Source: Intoshia linei
Taxonomy: Eukaryota > Animalia > Orthonectida
Assembly (NCBI GenBank): GCA_001642005.1
Contig: LWCA01000051.1
Span: forward strand, 2,592-66,591
Direction: 5' to 3'
DNA length: 64,000 nucleotides
Position 1 is the first letter of the stretch. Each line of letters begins with the position of its first letter. Below are positions 12,507 to 24,846 of this stretch, in pieces. Under the pieces are notes generated by a model, which searched no databases, had not been told where the DNA came from, and saw only the letters and a program-made list of their open reading frames with translations. Both the position numbers and the translations under genes were made by a program.

Positions 12507-12952
12507 TTTATGTAAAACTAATGAATCATTAAATCTTTTCTATTTCATTAAGTAATGTCATGACTCATGACATTGTATATTGTCATAATTTAAATGACAT
12601 TTGAATTTAAGTGAACACCTAATTGGATTAGGCAGGTTTCAACACTTTACGTCGTGAAACCCAATTTAATATATGTAAATTTACAACCCTATAAAAAATT
12701 TATAAAAATGTTGCGTAACCAAGAATGAACATTTTTATATAGTCCAAATAATCTCAAGTTTTTTGTTCAACACCAAATTACTTTTTATTAGTGGATTGTC
12801 CAGATTGGTACCCTGGTTTACAATTTATCGTGCATTTAAAATTTGTTGGCTCAGTAAATGAACGTTTCATAATGAAAGATATTTAAATTAGTTTAATGTG
12901 TACTTTATTTATTTCAGTCCAAGGAACACAATGAAAAATAATTAAATTTTAA

Positions 12953-14459
12953 ATGAATAAAAGCAGCGGTAATATTTAACTAGTGTATAATACCGCTAGG
13001 GCATTTCACTGGTCTCGTTGAAATTAAATTAAGAATATAATTGAATACATTTGAATTTTAAGAAATTAATTATAACTTTAGAAAAAAAGCTATCCATTTC
13101 TTGGAGTGACAGTTCATGGCCTCATGTGCTAAGTAAGTATAATGTTATGGACTATTTTTCCCAGTTGAGTAATCCTTTTTACGATAAAACCTGTAACAAC
13201 CAAATTCTTAAAATGCAACGTTTGGAAGCAAATAATTTGGTGTAGTTCTTTGATGAATAAATAAATCTATTTATATTATTTTAATAAGCTTAATAATGTG
13301 ATTTATAATTAATTTTGGTTAATCTTAACCAACCTTTACCTGCTATTTACATGCATTTTTTAGAAATATGATAGGACTAGAATACATGTGCGTTTTTGAC
13401 CAAGAACCAATATTATTTATAATACGCAAACAATATAGAAAATCTCCCCATGAAAGTAAGTTTTAATTAAAAAAATTAAAGGTTTTTCTCATAAGATTTG
13501 GTAAAATTGTGTTTTCCAAAAAAATATTTTAAAAATGGAATTTTTCCGTTTAGGTTGATAAAATTGATTTTTTATTTTGTTTTTGTAGAACCCAATAAGG
13601 AACTACTTCTCTAAACCAGGGTTCTAAACCTTTTTTAGAATCGCCCCTAAAACGATAATTCACACATATTTTTAGATTGATAAAATTTACTAGTGAATAT
13701 TTTCAATTACCTGTTAGTAACAAGTTGTTACTGTGACTCAATTTTTTAAAGAATCGACCCATATAACCAATAATTTTCTTCAAAAAATTGAGATACTTTT
13801 GTACTTTAGTTTAGCTATGAAATTTAAGGAATGGACTTTAACATTTTAATTAAATGACGAAGAATAATTTTTGACCTTACAAAATTTTTATTACATTATA
13901 TATTTTGTGAAATAAAATAGAAAAATTTGCTCACCATTGAGAATCCCTGATCTAAACTAATCATAATTGATAGTTTAAACATTTTTATGTTTATTTGAAT
14001 AATTTTATTAAAGTTCAGTCAATTTCGAGCTATTACATTTGCGCGGGGACCGTATACGAATCACCAGATTTAATGACACTTTACATTTCCAGATTGGTAT
14101 TTAAATATATTCATTATTATCATTGTATATCGCTTGATAGAATTAATATTTCAAATTATCTATTTTTAGATTACAGCTTCATATAATTTACGAAAGGCTT
14201 TTGAAGAAGGTATAAAAATTATTAATGAATTTATTTTTACACGTGCTTAGTACAAAATTACTCGAAATATGACGACGATACAATTGAAAAAGAAAAAAGT
14301 TGAAATATTTACCTATTATATTTAAAATATTAATTAGATAAAACAAAAAATGTAGGATCGTATTTTATGCGCAAAAGGACAGATGTTATATTAACAAATT
14401 TATCCCATATTTTTCCAATGGACCAGGACAAAAACCAGGAAAATGTTCATAATAATTAA
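12953..14459 (+). CDS. MED6: Mediator subunit 6, 7 exons
   Basis: [37 protein letters not shown]; [20 protein letters not shown]; [17 protein letters not shown]; stop TAA at 14457-14459. Confidence 0.92.
13617..13949. mobile_element. hAT (Charlie-like) MITE in MED6 intron
   Basis: TIRs caggg(g)ttct / agaatccctg; TSD ctctaaac / atctaaac (7/8). Confidence 0.7.
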
Positions 14460-14475
14460 ACTGTATTAACGTTTA

Positions 14476-15645
14476 TTATATTATATATTTATTGTTTCTT
14501 TCGGAATACTTTACTTGTCCCGTTCGTAGTCTTTTTTCAAATCGTGTCTAATAATTTGTTTAAATCACATTTTCAAAAAGTAAAACCTTAATGTAGGTAT
14601 AATAAGAGAATAATAAAACTGGAGGAATCATAATACAAAAATTGAATAAAATGCTTTTTGGAGAGGACCTGTAAAATAGGTGTGTGTGCACTTCCATAGA
14701 AGAATAACGATTCATGGCTGGGTTCATCTGTTATATAAAATTAGTTTTGGTTACCAGTCTTTTCGGCACCAATAAATAGTATTTATTAAATACTTTTAAA
14801 TAATTTTTTCAATGTCCAACAAAAATTATACTTTACAAGAGGTTATTAAACCACCGTATCAAAATATGCAACATGTTAAACATTTAGTTTGAGTTATAAT
14901 CATTTATACTTGCATATTTTGTATACTGCTAATATATTTTAATTATTAAATCATCACTACTTTCTGGTATCATTGTCACCCAAATTAATAATAATAACTG
15001 GGTTCAACTGAAACCTTTTGTATCAATCTCCAAAAACTAGTACTGAAAATATCATTGACCAGTTCACATTAGATTATTAAAAAATGGCATTATTTTTAAG
15101 TTAGCCTACAAATGATAAATTATTTTAGTTTAAGTCATTCTTATAACTATTACACATCGCCACTAATATTTATATTCTCTTCCACGGCTAACCTTTCCAA
15201 ACAATAAAATTTCAATAATTATTCCAAAGAAATGAAAAATTCCATCCAGATTATGTATCAAACTTTAGGTTGATTTTTTAGAGTCAATCATTGATGATCG
15301 TTTGAAAGTTCATTTTTAATGTTAGCTTTTTTCTACGTTATCTAATTTACCTGTATTAATGGACATTAATTACAACATTGATGTATAAACTGCATTTCAA
15401 ATTATTTTTTAATTAAATCAAACTAAATTTTAGATACTATTAAGAATAATACCCATTTACCTTGATAAAAAAAATTAAATTACATTGCCAATGTTTCCAT
15501 AAGGGTCTGAGGATAATTTAATATATTGCTTGCTATTTTCTATTCTTAATTGTGCTCTACGTAAACGTAAATCTTTTTCTTTGTCAGAGACATCATATAT
15601 TACAGATGGATTCCACTTTCGAAATGTAATATCCTTTATAGACAT
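14476..15645 (-). CDS. NDUFB4: NADH dehydrogenase 1 beta subcomplex subunit 4 (B15), 3 exons
   Basis: MSIKDITFRKWNPSVIYDVSDKEKDLRLRRAQLRIENSKQYIKLSSDPY..|MNPAMNRYSSM..FYRSSPKS + single TM segment + |TRFEKRLRTGQVKYSER. Matches the NDUFB4 pattern; not in the ORF track. Confidence 0.8.
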
Positions 15646-15856
15646 TTTTGTAAAAAAATAAACTTTTAGTTTTTTAGTTATTTGGCAACTCTAAAAATGT
15701 GTAAAAATCGATTCGTTTAATTAGAATGAAACATTTTTAATAAAATTTTTTGTTTTTTGAGTTAAACTTTAAAGATAAGCGTTATTAAATAATCTACAAA
15801 GTTGCATACTACCTTAGCTGACTGTTCCACAAAGAAAACGAAACTTTATTGGTAAA
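15646..15856. promoter_or_regulatory. Putative bidirectional promoter NDUFB4/ELOC (211 bp)
   Basis: Head-to-head ATGs at 15645 and 15857. Confidence 0.6.
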
Positions 15857-16322
15857 ATGTCTGATAAAAGCATTGAAGTTTCAAAGGTTTCTGAAAAACC
15901 AGATAGTGTCGACAAATTCAAAGTTGATCAATCGGAAGTAACACCCCCACAATATGTTAGACTGGTGTCGAACGATGACCATGAATTTTTTATTAAAAGT
16001 AGATATGCTAGTACGTCCTCAACTATAAAATCCATTTTATCTTGTGCCGGTATTTTTTAATTAATTTGTTGATTTTAATTTTAATTATTTAGCAAACATT
16101 GAAGATAATCAATCAAATCAAATTTTTTTAAAGGAAATTCCGTAATAAATTTAGTTTTCGTTAATTTTTTGACGTTTTAGATCGCATATCCTCATAAAAG
16201 TGTGTCAATACTTTATGTACAAAATAAAATATGCAGAATGCGCAGGTGATATTCCAGAATTTCATATACCACCAAATATAGCCTTGGAACTGCTTATGGC
16301 AGCAAATTATTTAGATTGCTAG
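15857..16322 (+). CDS. ELOC: Elongin C, 3 exons
   Basis: [23 protein letters not shown]; EIP|[37 protein letters not shown]. Confidence 0.95.
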
Positions 16323-16349
16323 TATGTCAAATTAAAATTTAATTAAAAA

Positions 16350-18988
16350 TTAATAGTCATCATATTCTTTGTTTAGTCTTCTTCTTTTTAAAGCTGTAAA
16401 AAAATCTGTAATATCATTGGCGTTCACTGTCTAATAATTATGATTAGAGTTTCATTAATTTTACCCTTTTTTGTTTTGAAATGTCGCTTAAATGGCTCAC
16501 CAATTCTTCTTTCATGTGTTGATATTCTAAAATAGAATTTAAAATATTTTATTTAACACTGAAACTACCGCAAGGTACTCACAATAATTTAAATGTTTTA
16601 AAAATATGCATCATAGTATGAATTACGAGGGTTTCCTAAATTTTTCTTACAACGTACTAGTCATTTCATTTACATAAAATTAATTTTTTGTAAAAGGTGT
16701 CAGATAGTGATTGTGCCTGGACAAAATTCTCGGGATTTTTACGATTTCCCAGAATTTCCCGACTAAAATTGAGACATACCTGTATTTGATTTATGTTTGT
16801 TATTACCATAAAAATATAATTATATTATAATATTTAAAATTTACCATTTCAAAAATCCCACCACTAATACAATTTAATCAAAAATACCATTTCAAGCGCT
16901 CATGGAAAAATTGTCTTACACCGATATTCTTTTCAAAAATCCACTTCATCAAACCACCAATAAAAATTCTAATTTTCCAGCCCTTAATGGAAAAATATCC
17001 TTTTTTTAAAACCCTCTTATTCCAACCACAAATAACTAACGCTTAAGGGAATTATCCTCTTTTTACAACATTATTTTGGAAAATATTATGAGTTGTTACG
17101 AACTGAAATGCTATCATCAAGATTGTTAAAATTAAAGGAAGCCCTTATGACCGTTCAACCTACGTCAACACAAAATGAAAGAAATTTCTCTACTGCTTCT
17201 AATTTCGTTACAAAACGTAGAACGAGTTTAAAAGACTAATCTATCAATATTATGTGTTTTAAAACACTTTTTCAACAACCTAAAATAAATAAATTTTTTT
17301 CTAATTAAATTTGTAAATTTCAATCTAGATTCGTGTTATTTCATTATCATTATCATAAATTTCTTTTTGTTTCTAAAATTAATTAAGGTCTCTAAAATTT
17401 TTAATTTTTCTATATTATATATGAATAAAAAATTTTTATTTTTTCCGGGAAATCACAATCACTAGTGTCAGGTCAAGCAGATCTACCCAGAGAGAAGCCT
17501 TTGGTAGTGTAGTAAATTTGTGATAAAAATTAGATAGTTGACTATAATACCATTCAGCATGGACATTTGAGTTGCTTTTGGCATGGTGGTGAGAGCATCC
17601 ATAGATTTTTGAAAAGTCGTTTTATTTTCATTTTTTAAATTTTCTCGATAATGTGCAATAGTGTCAATGTTTGAACATATAAAAGAACAGCCTGCTTCAT
17701 CCAAAAGTTTCTAAATAAAAATAAATAACCATAAAATCTAACTTTACTTTATCACTTTCGGAAATTTTTTTTCTCCAACCATCTATAAAAAAGGCTGAAT
17801 TGCTGCTACAATTTGTATTTTGTAATTTTTTTTTATTAAAATCAATTAACGCTAAAAAAATAATAAAACATTGATAAAAATAAAAACCGTCTATACTCAT
17901 AGAATATTTTTTCAAAAAAATCAATTTTTTTGTACAAACAGGACACAGAAATTCGGAAAATGAATCTGGATCCACTATAAATGTAGTTTCGATATGCTAA
18001 AATTAAAATGTTTTAGTTTACATAGAAAAATTACATTCACGTGATACCAATCTTCACAGGAAACACAATGTATCATTTCTACATGATTCTAAATGAAATT
18101 ATTTCTTAAATTTCGTGTAAATACAGATTCATCTGGGTATTTTTTATGGCAAAAACAATATAGTCCAATGAAATTTTGTCCATATATATTTTTATCGTTG
18201 ACTTTTTCTTTTTCCTAGTTATATGTATAAAGGTTCATGAAGAATTTTATACTTTTTGGAGTGAACACTCTTGCGTAAACTTTGAGTTTCCACAATCACA
18301 TCGAAAATTTCTATAAGTATAAAATGTACATATCAATATTAACTAATCAAGTCATTATTACCGGAATCTCAGGATTCGTGAGAAATTTTTGATTGGATTA
18401 CACAAAGAAAGAACAATTACACTTTGAGAAAAACTTGGAAACCGGGTTAAAATAAAAAATGTACCGATATCGCTGATTAAAAACGGAAAAGCTTTATAAC
18501 CACAAAATAATGAGTAATGTACCTCTTTGTATATAATTCGTATAAATCATGACCATCATGGCAGTTCAAACTACAACTAAAACATATCCCAGCCAAGTCG
18601 TTGTCGTTCCCACTCTGGCAGGTAACACACGAGTAAACCAACTGTCGGTGCATATATCCCTATTAAAAATTAGAAAAATTTGATAGTACAATACCTGCTT
18701 ATAAGAACACCTTTTTTCATCTTCTCCAACAAGGGAATTGGTCTTTTCGTCAATGTTTTCATGGTATCTAATTACATCCAACATTGACACGGAGTCATCG
18801 TCATTTTTAACAGAATCAGATCTAGTTTGAGAAATTTCAGGCGTCGGCTCCAAACCATCTTTTATACTCGAACCACTGTTGGATTCCAACTCTTCACTAT
18901 TTTCGTTTGTAGCAATAGGGGATTCTACATCATTTTCGGTTAAATCTTTCCAATAACTTTTTGCAGCATTATTTATATCGTCAGACAT
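16350..18988 (-). CDS. UBR7: E3 ubiquitin ligase UBR7 (UBR box + PHD), multi-exon
   Basis: CSYKQ|GYMHRQLVYSCVTC..AGICFSCSLNCHDGHDLYELYTKR|NFRCDCGNSKF; YGQNFIGLYCFCHKKYPD; MIQCVSCEDWYH; C-terminus TVNANDITDFFTALK. Confidence 0.92.
16705..17464 (+). mobile_element. Non-autonomous hAT deletion derivative retaining a dimerisation-domain remnant, in UBR7 intron
   Basis: TIR tagtgattgtg / cacaatcacta; TSD gtgtcaga / gtgtcagg; [36 protein letters not shown] at ~17123-17232. Related partial copies at ~27753-28100 (+) and ~53958-54250 (-). Confidence 0.85.
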
Positions 18989-21870
18989 GGTAAAAATTTG
19001 AAATCTAACAATCACTAAAATTAAAAATAACTGATAAGATATACATTGGCGCGATACTGGTTACTAGGTTGATGTAGAGTTTATTCTACATGTTCATAAA
19101 ATATGCAGTATATTTGATATTTTGTTGGTGTCATTGTAATGCAAGTCGGTTTATCTTAAACGGTTCAGTTAAACCATGAAAATTAATTTGATCTCTGGCA
19201 GGTCGATGGTCCGTTGCACAATCCAAAAGGTAACACCTTGAATTGATACAATTTGTTCCTCAATCCGACAGCGCTAGTCGCAAATGCTGTTATCTTCCTG
19301 TCCGCCTCTTTAAAAAAAAATTTAGTTTAAATGATGAAGACTTTATGATGTAATGCAAGTCGGTTTATCTTAAAGGGTTCAGTTAAACCGTGAAAATTCA
19401 TTTGATAAAATTTATTTTTCAAAATTTCAAACAATTAAATAAACAAAATCATAAAGTGATCTTCACTTTTTATTATAGGTTATGGAATATTTTAGGAATT
19501 TTTTTGAACCAAATTTGAAGGGGGTGTTTAAATATACGGTAAAACACACACATAGAGACATTGAATTTTATATAAGTAAAGGATAATAAAAGCATAACAA
19601 TATTCAAAGGGTACTACACTTGAATTGTTTATTTATTATAATGTAATCTAATAATGTATAAATATTTTAACCTTATTATATTTAAATTTATGTTAGTGAT
19701 TTATTGTTTTGTATACATAAATTTGTTTACTAACTTAACGGTGTCAAGTATCAAATTTAATTTGGCTTCAATAATGTTATTTATATTTTGAAATATATTA
19801 TTAGATGTTAATTAGGTTGAAAGTATAAATTCCCACAATTTGAGATGCATTTTGTGATAAAACGGCAAGATAATGTATCTAAAAAAGGTACATTGTACAA
19901 TATACACCCAGCAAATTAGGGAACGAAAATAAAGAATTTAACAAGTTTATAATTATAAAACCATTGCACATATTGATTATAAATGTTTTCGTCAAAAATT
20001 GAAACTTGTATTATTGTAAGGGTTCAACAACCGAATTTACTCAGAAATATAATGTAAGTATTGTTTGAACTTCTGGTTGAATAGAAACATCAAATGAATC
20101 TTTTGGTGTTATTTTAGATAAATTTTGGTTGTATAATTATTTTTAACCTCATAGTCTTTGGATAAGTGGTGTCACAAGCTATTCCATCATTTACGTTTGA
20201 ATTATTACAATATTATTACTTTTTATTGACGTGGATGATATAAAAATTTTAATACATTTTAATTACTAGTTAACTGTAAGTTATATTGAAAGTATTAATG
20301 TATCATTTACTTAAATAAAACCATTTCTTACATGGTAGTAAAGTTTTATTGTATCCTAAATGTTTCAGTTTTTGAACAACGAAAAGCCATTGCACATGGG
20401 TAAATTAAATCGTGCCTTATTTATTGGAATCTAATGACTTCTTTGCCGATTTCAACTTATTGTCACGGTTGTGTGATATTATGTGTGAGGCTCTGTTTAT
20501 TATTTACATGTTAACATTTTTGTTTAAGTTTAAACATTTTTAACGGCGATTCTTATCAAAAAACATACACTTATAAGCGTTATTAAATTACTGCTCGTAT
20601 TGTACATACAAGTATTTCATACAAATTATGATACTTTGTAAAAAAAAAAATTTGTTTTAATAACGCATCCATATGTCAATTAAAACATAAATAATGTCAT
20701 TTGTTAATAAAATAATTATAATTAATAAATAAATCAAATAATCAATAATGTAATTTTTTAACAATAATAGAGATTGAGAACCAATGATGATGTCAGTTAT
20801 TTTCAAAGTTCAATTGGCTTGCGGCATATTGAACCAATTTTTGTTATTTATTGAGTCAGTAATACCGACATTTCTGATAAATTAAATAGTTATAAAATAA
20901 CTGTCATTACATTTTACGTATTCAATAAATATGAAGCTACTTTATACAATCGTAACTGTAGAATCGTCTACAATTTTGAATGCTGCATTCTGAGTATTTT
21001 GTCATCATACTAAAATAATAAAATCCTGTAGGTCGTCGTGGAAATATGATATGTAGGTTCATGCCTATTTTTGATTGTTACCATGGTAATTTTGTGTTTT
21101 TGAAAGTGGAATGCAAATTCAACATCACGGAATTACTGTAGTACATTTATTTGAATTTAAACAATTACATATTACGACATACAATCAAAATAATAATTAT
21201 TTTTTGATATTTAGAAGTAATACGTCCCTTTAATTACTAAAGTGGCTAATAAAAATATCCTGGAAGGTCGAAAAAGTGTCTGAAATTATTGAACAGTATA
21301 ATGAATGGATTCAGCCCATTAAAAAAATTATCAAAAATAACCACAAAGTTACATTTCAATTATATGTAAATGAAAAGTTTTTAAAAGTAATAAATTACTG
21401 TGCTTAGACATTATTTAAAAACCAAAGAAATTCATTTATGAGACAGAAACCAGATTTCAATATTTCAAATATGTATACCAGTGATGGCAATCAAATCAAA
21501 TTTGTGTGTTAATTTTGAGATTTTATTCGAGAATTATTTTCTGGAGTGTTTTCTAATAATAAAATTGTTACTTAGCCCTCCAATTGAAACAAAATCTATA
21601 TTTTTTACTAAAATTCTATAGGTGAGATAATGAGCAAAATTTTTCAGCAAATTTTTCGATGGAATGGTAAATTTCTATTGAACAAATCTTGTAGATTTAA
21701 ATTTTAATAATACGCAAGTGAACCTTGTTTACTCATGGAATCTATTTCTTGATGAGTTTATTTTTATTATATTTTTTAATTTTTAGAGCGTAGATTTTGT
21801 GAAGTGTGTTAAAAAATATGTCAAGTGTGTATTTTTAACACAGAACACACATTTTATAATGACTGATGTA

Positions 21871-22566
21871 CAAAGCCGTCTTAAGCCACTTCATGGCTCT
21901 GGGCTAAGTAAAGGGTCACTTTTTAGAAGACAGGGCATACTGTTGGTTGGAGACTTAGAGTCTTATTTCATAGAGTATTAATAAAAGCATTAAAAGATAT
22001 TATGTAGGTTTCTTGTAACTTATTTCTTTTACAAAAACTTCTTAATTAATGAAGAAAGTTTACTCTTTTTATTTGACAATATGCACCATGCAGTCACAAA
22101 AAATTCTTGACAATTTTTCACAAATGTTGTTTTCTTACTTTTTTTTTGAGAAAAATCAGATATGATATTATCAAAACTTGTATATAAACAGTTGAAAATT
22201 AATAAGAGAAAATCGAAGATTTCCTACTTTCTTTTTGAATAGTGACTTAATAGAAAGGTTTTAATGTTTAATATTATCATTTGAAACAGTTTTTATGTTA
22301 ATATTATATGATGAACATTGTAGAATATATTTTAAATTGAATATTTACCAGAACTTTTATTCTTTAAACTATTTTTTTTCTAGCTATTTGAATTCCCACA
22401 CTTCAAAACTTATAAACTGTTTCTCAAGATATATGTAAAGTATTATTTAATAAATTTGGGGCCTCTTTTTAAGATATAAATGTAAATTACTTATATTAAT
22501 TTGGGCTTTTTTTAATGAGTGGCCCTGGGCTATACCCCATATTGCCCATGCCTTAAAACGGCTCTG
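21871..22566 (+). mobile_element. hAT MITE family A, copy 1
   Basis: TIRs caaagccgtcttaag / cttaaaacggctctg; perfect 8-bp TSD ctgatgta. Confidence 0.9.
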
Positions 22567-24846
22567 CTGATGTATACTGTTAATCCGATTTTTTTGAAAT
22601 TGCAAGATGAATATTTAGATTTTTAATTTTATAAATTTTTATTTAATTGGAAATAGCTGTATTACTAGTGATTATTATTTTTATTATATTAGTTGATTTT
22701 AAAATTTTAACACTTTTATATTTTAAAAATAAGGTAATTTAGTTAATTAAGGTTAATTAAGGTAATTAGAATTATGTGACTACTTTTTTAATTATTAATG
22801 TTTTTAATGTTTGCATAATAACTTGGAACGCAGTGATAAACAATAAGAAAGGTGTAATGATCTGCTCATGTTTATCAATGTGTATACATTTTGTAAGTCA
22901 GAAAAAAGTATACACTCTTTCTTGCAATATGAAGCAATATGCCAATGTAATATTCCGCAAATAATTTAATGCAAAATGAGCGCTTCATGATCAAAAAAAA
23001 TTGGAAACGTTGCAGCTGCAGCGCGCTGGATAGAAATTTAGATAGAGGAACCAAAATATAGTGCTCACTGCTATCTGACCATCTCATGAAAATTGAAAAT
23101 TCCTCCCTGTTGAGGAATTCCCCGGTTAAGAATCGCTGAAGTAATAAATTCAAAAATATTACCTCAAAGTTGATCAAGTTTTTTTAAAAACTAATATTTG
23201 AATATATCTTATATTTTAAATACATTTGTACAGTAAACAAGAGGTTGACAAGCATCATCAAAAACAGTTTAAATTACAAAAATGACAAATAAAATTATTG
23301 TACAACATGTTCACTGTTAATGTATTACATTAATTATAATTGATTCATATGAAATTTGATTACTTGTACTAATTTTTTAAAATTTTCCATTTTAAAAAAG
23401 CTTTTAGGTCCTTCAATATACATTTCAAATATCGGAACCTTGAATGCCTTGGCGCCTTTGGACTGTTTACATTAACAAAACTGATTGTAAATAGTGTGTA
23501 TGCGTGCGTCTATATTCTTTGATGATTTTGTAGATGTAAAAGTAAAATGTTCGATTAAGTAGTTCGTTAATGGAAACTGACATAATTGTCTGTTTATAGT
23601 TGAAGTTTCTTGTAAAACTACCGACAGAAATTATAGAAATGTCAAATGACCAATTGTTCGTGTTTTTGAAGTTGGGCATTAAATAAATTATCCACATTAG
23701 ACGATTAGACGAATATATAATTCCGTCACTAAAAATGAAATTGATCCTCCAAATTAAAGACTAATTTCACAACGGGAGCGGATTAATCCGTGTATATTGA
23801 TTTTACGGATTGAGTAGAAATTCTGAAAAGCAAATCTGATACTCTGTCACCAACTGTGATAGAAAAACGAACGTAATGAACAAAATGAGCAAAATAACAG
23901 AAATTGTAAACCGGGGAGCATTATGGAACCGGATAACGTGTCAAATATTGCTAAATCCAAAACCTACAACTGAGGCTGATTATGAATCCCAAAGGTGATT
24001 GAATAAATAAACATTTCACATTAATCTATTTCAGTATCCATTTAGCATCTTACTGCAATGAAAGCAATTGTTTAAATTATGTAAATAAATTATTATAATT
24101 AAACATGACTAAGTTTGATTGGTTCAATGAGTAAGTTCAATAAATGTGTTTTGACAGTCGCATTGAAATGTAGGCCACTGCTCGAGAAATTATATTTTGA
24201 AGCAGTAGCTATTGTGCTCAGTGACTAAATAAATTGAGTTTTGACATTGATGTATTGGTTTTGATTGTAACAGAATGATTAATGAGTTTTTGACACGCCC
24301 ACTGAACATTTAGCTATTTGGATTGCGTCGTAGTAAAACAACTTGGTATCTGTTGATCTATTAGGCGTGGTTCCAGACAGTATGACTAGAAAGTATTTGA
24401 AATTTAATCGATTTAACAGGATAATTTGCAACAATTTACGTCAAGCCAAATAATTGTGAATTATTTACGAATTGGACTGCATACAATTGAAAATTTGTAA
24501 TTAGTCAGATATATCTATTATATGTGATTTTCATTTTATCCTCTTATCATCATGCTGAGCAAAAAACATTTTGTCAAATTTGACGTCGATAGTGAATAAA
24601 ATTTGACGTTTTCAATTTTTTTTTGACACACTCAAATATATTGCCCGATTTGGACAAATATCAACACTTTGCTTGCATATTGACTATAATTGACGTGCTC
24701 ATTGATACGTTGGTTCATCCTATTTATAGTAATACTAATATTTTAATTTATATCATATATACGTCCATTATAATCATTAATAGGCAAATCAATTACTGTT
24801 TAAATTGTCAGCGTCAATCGCGAAAAGTGATCTTAAGCAATCATTC

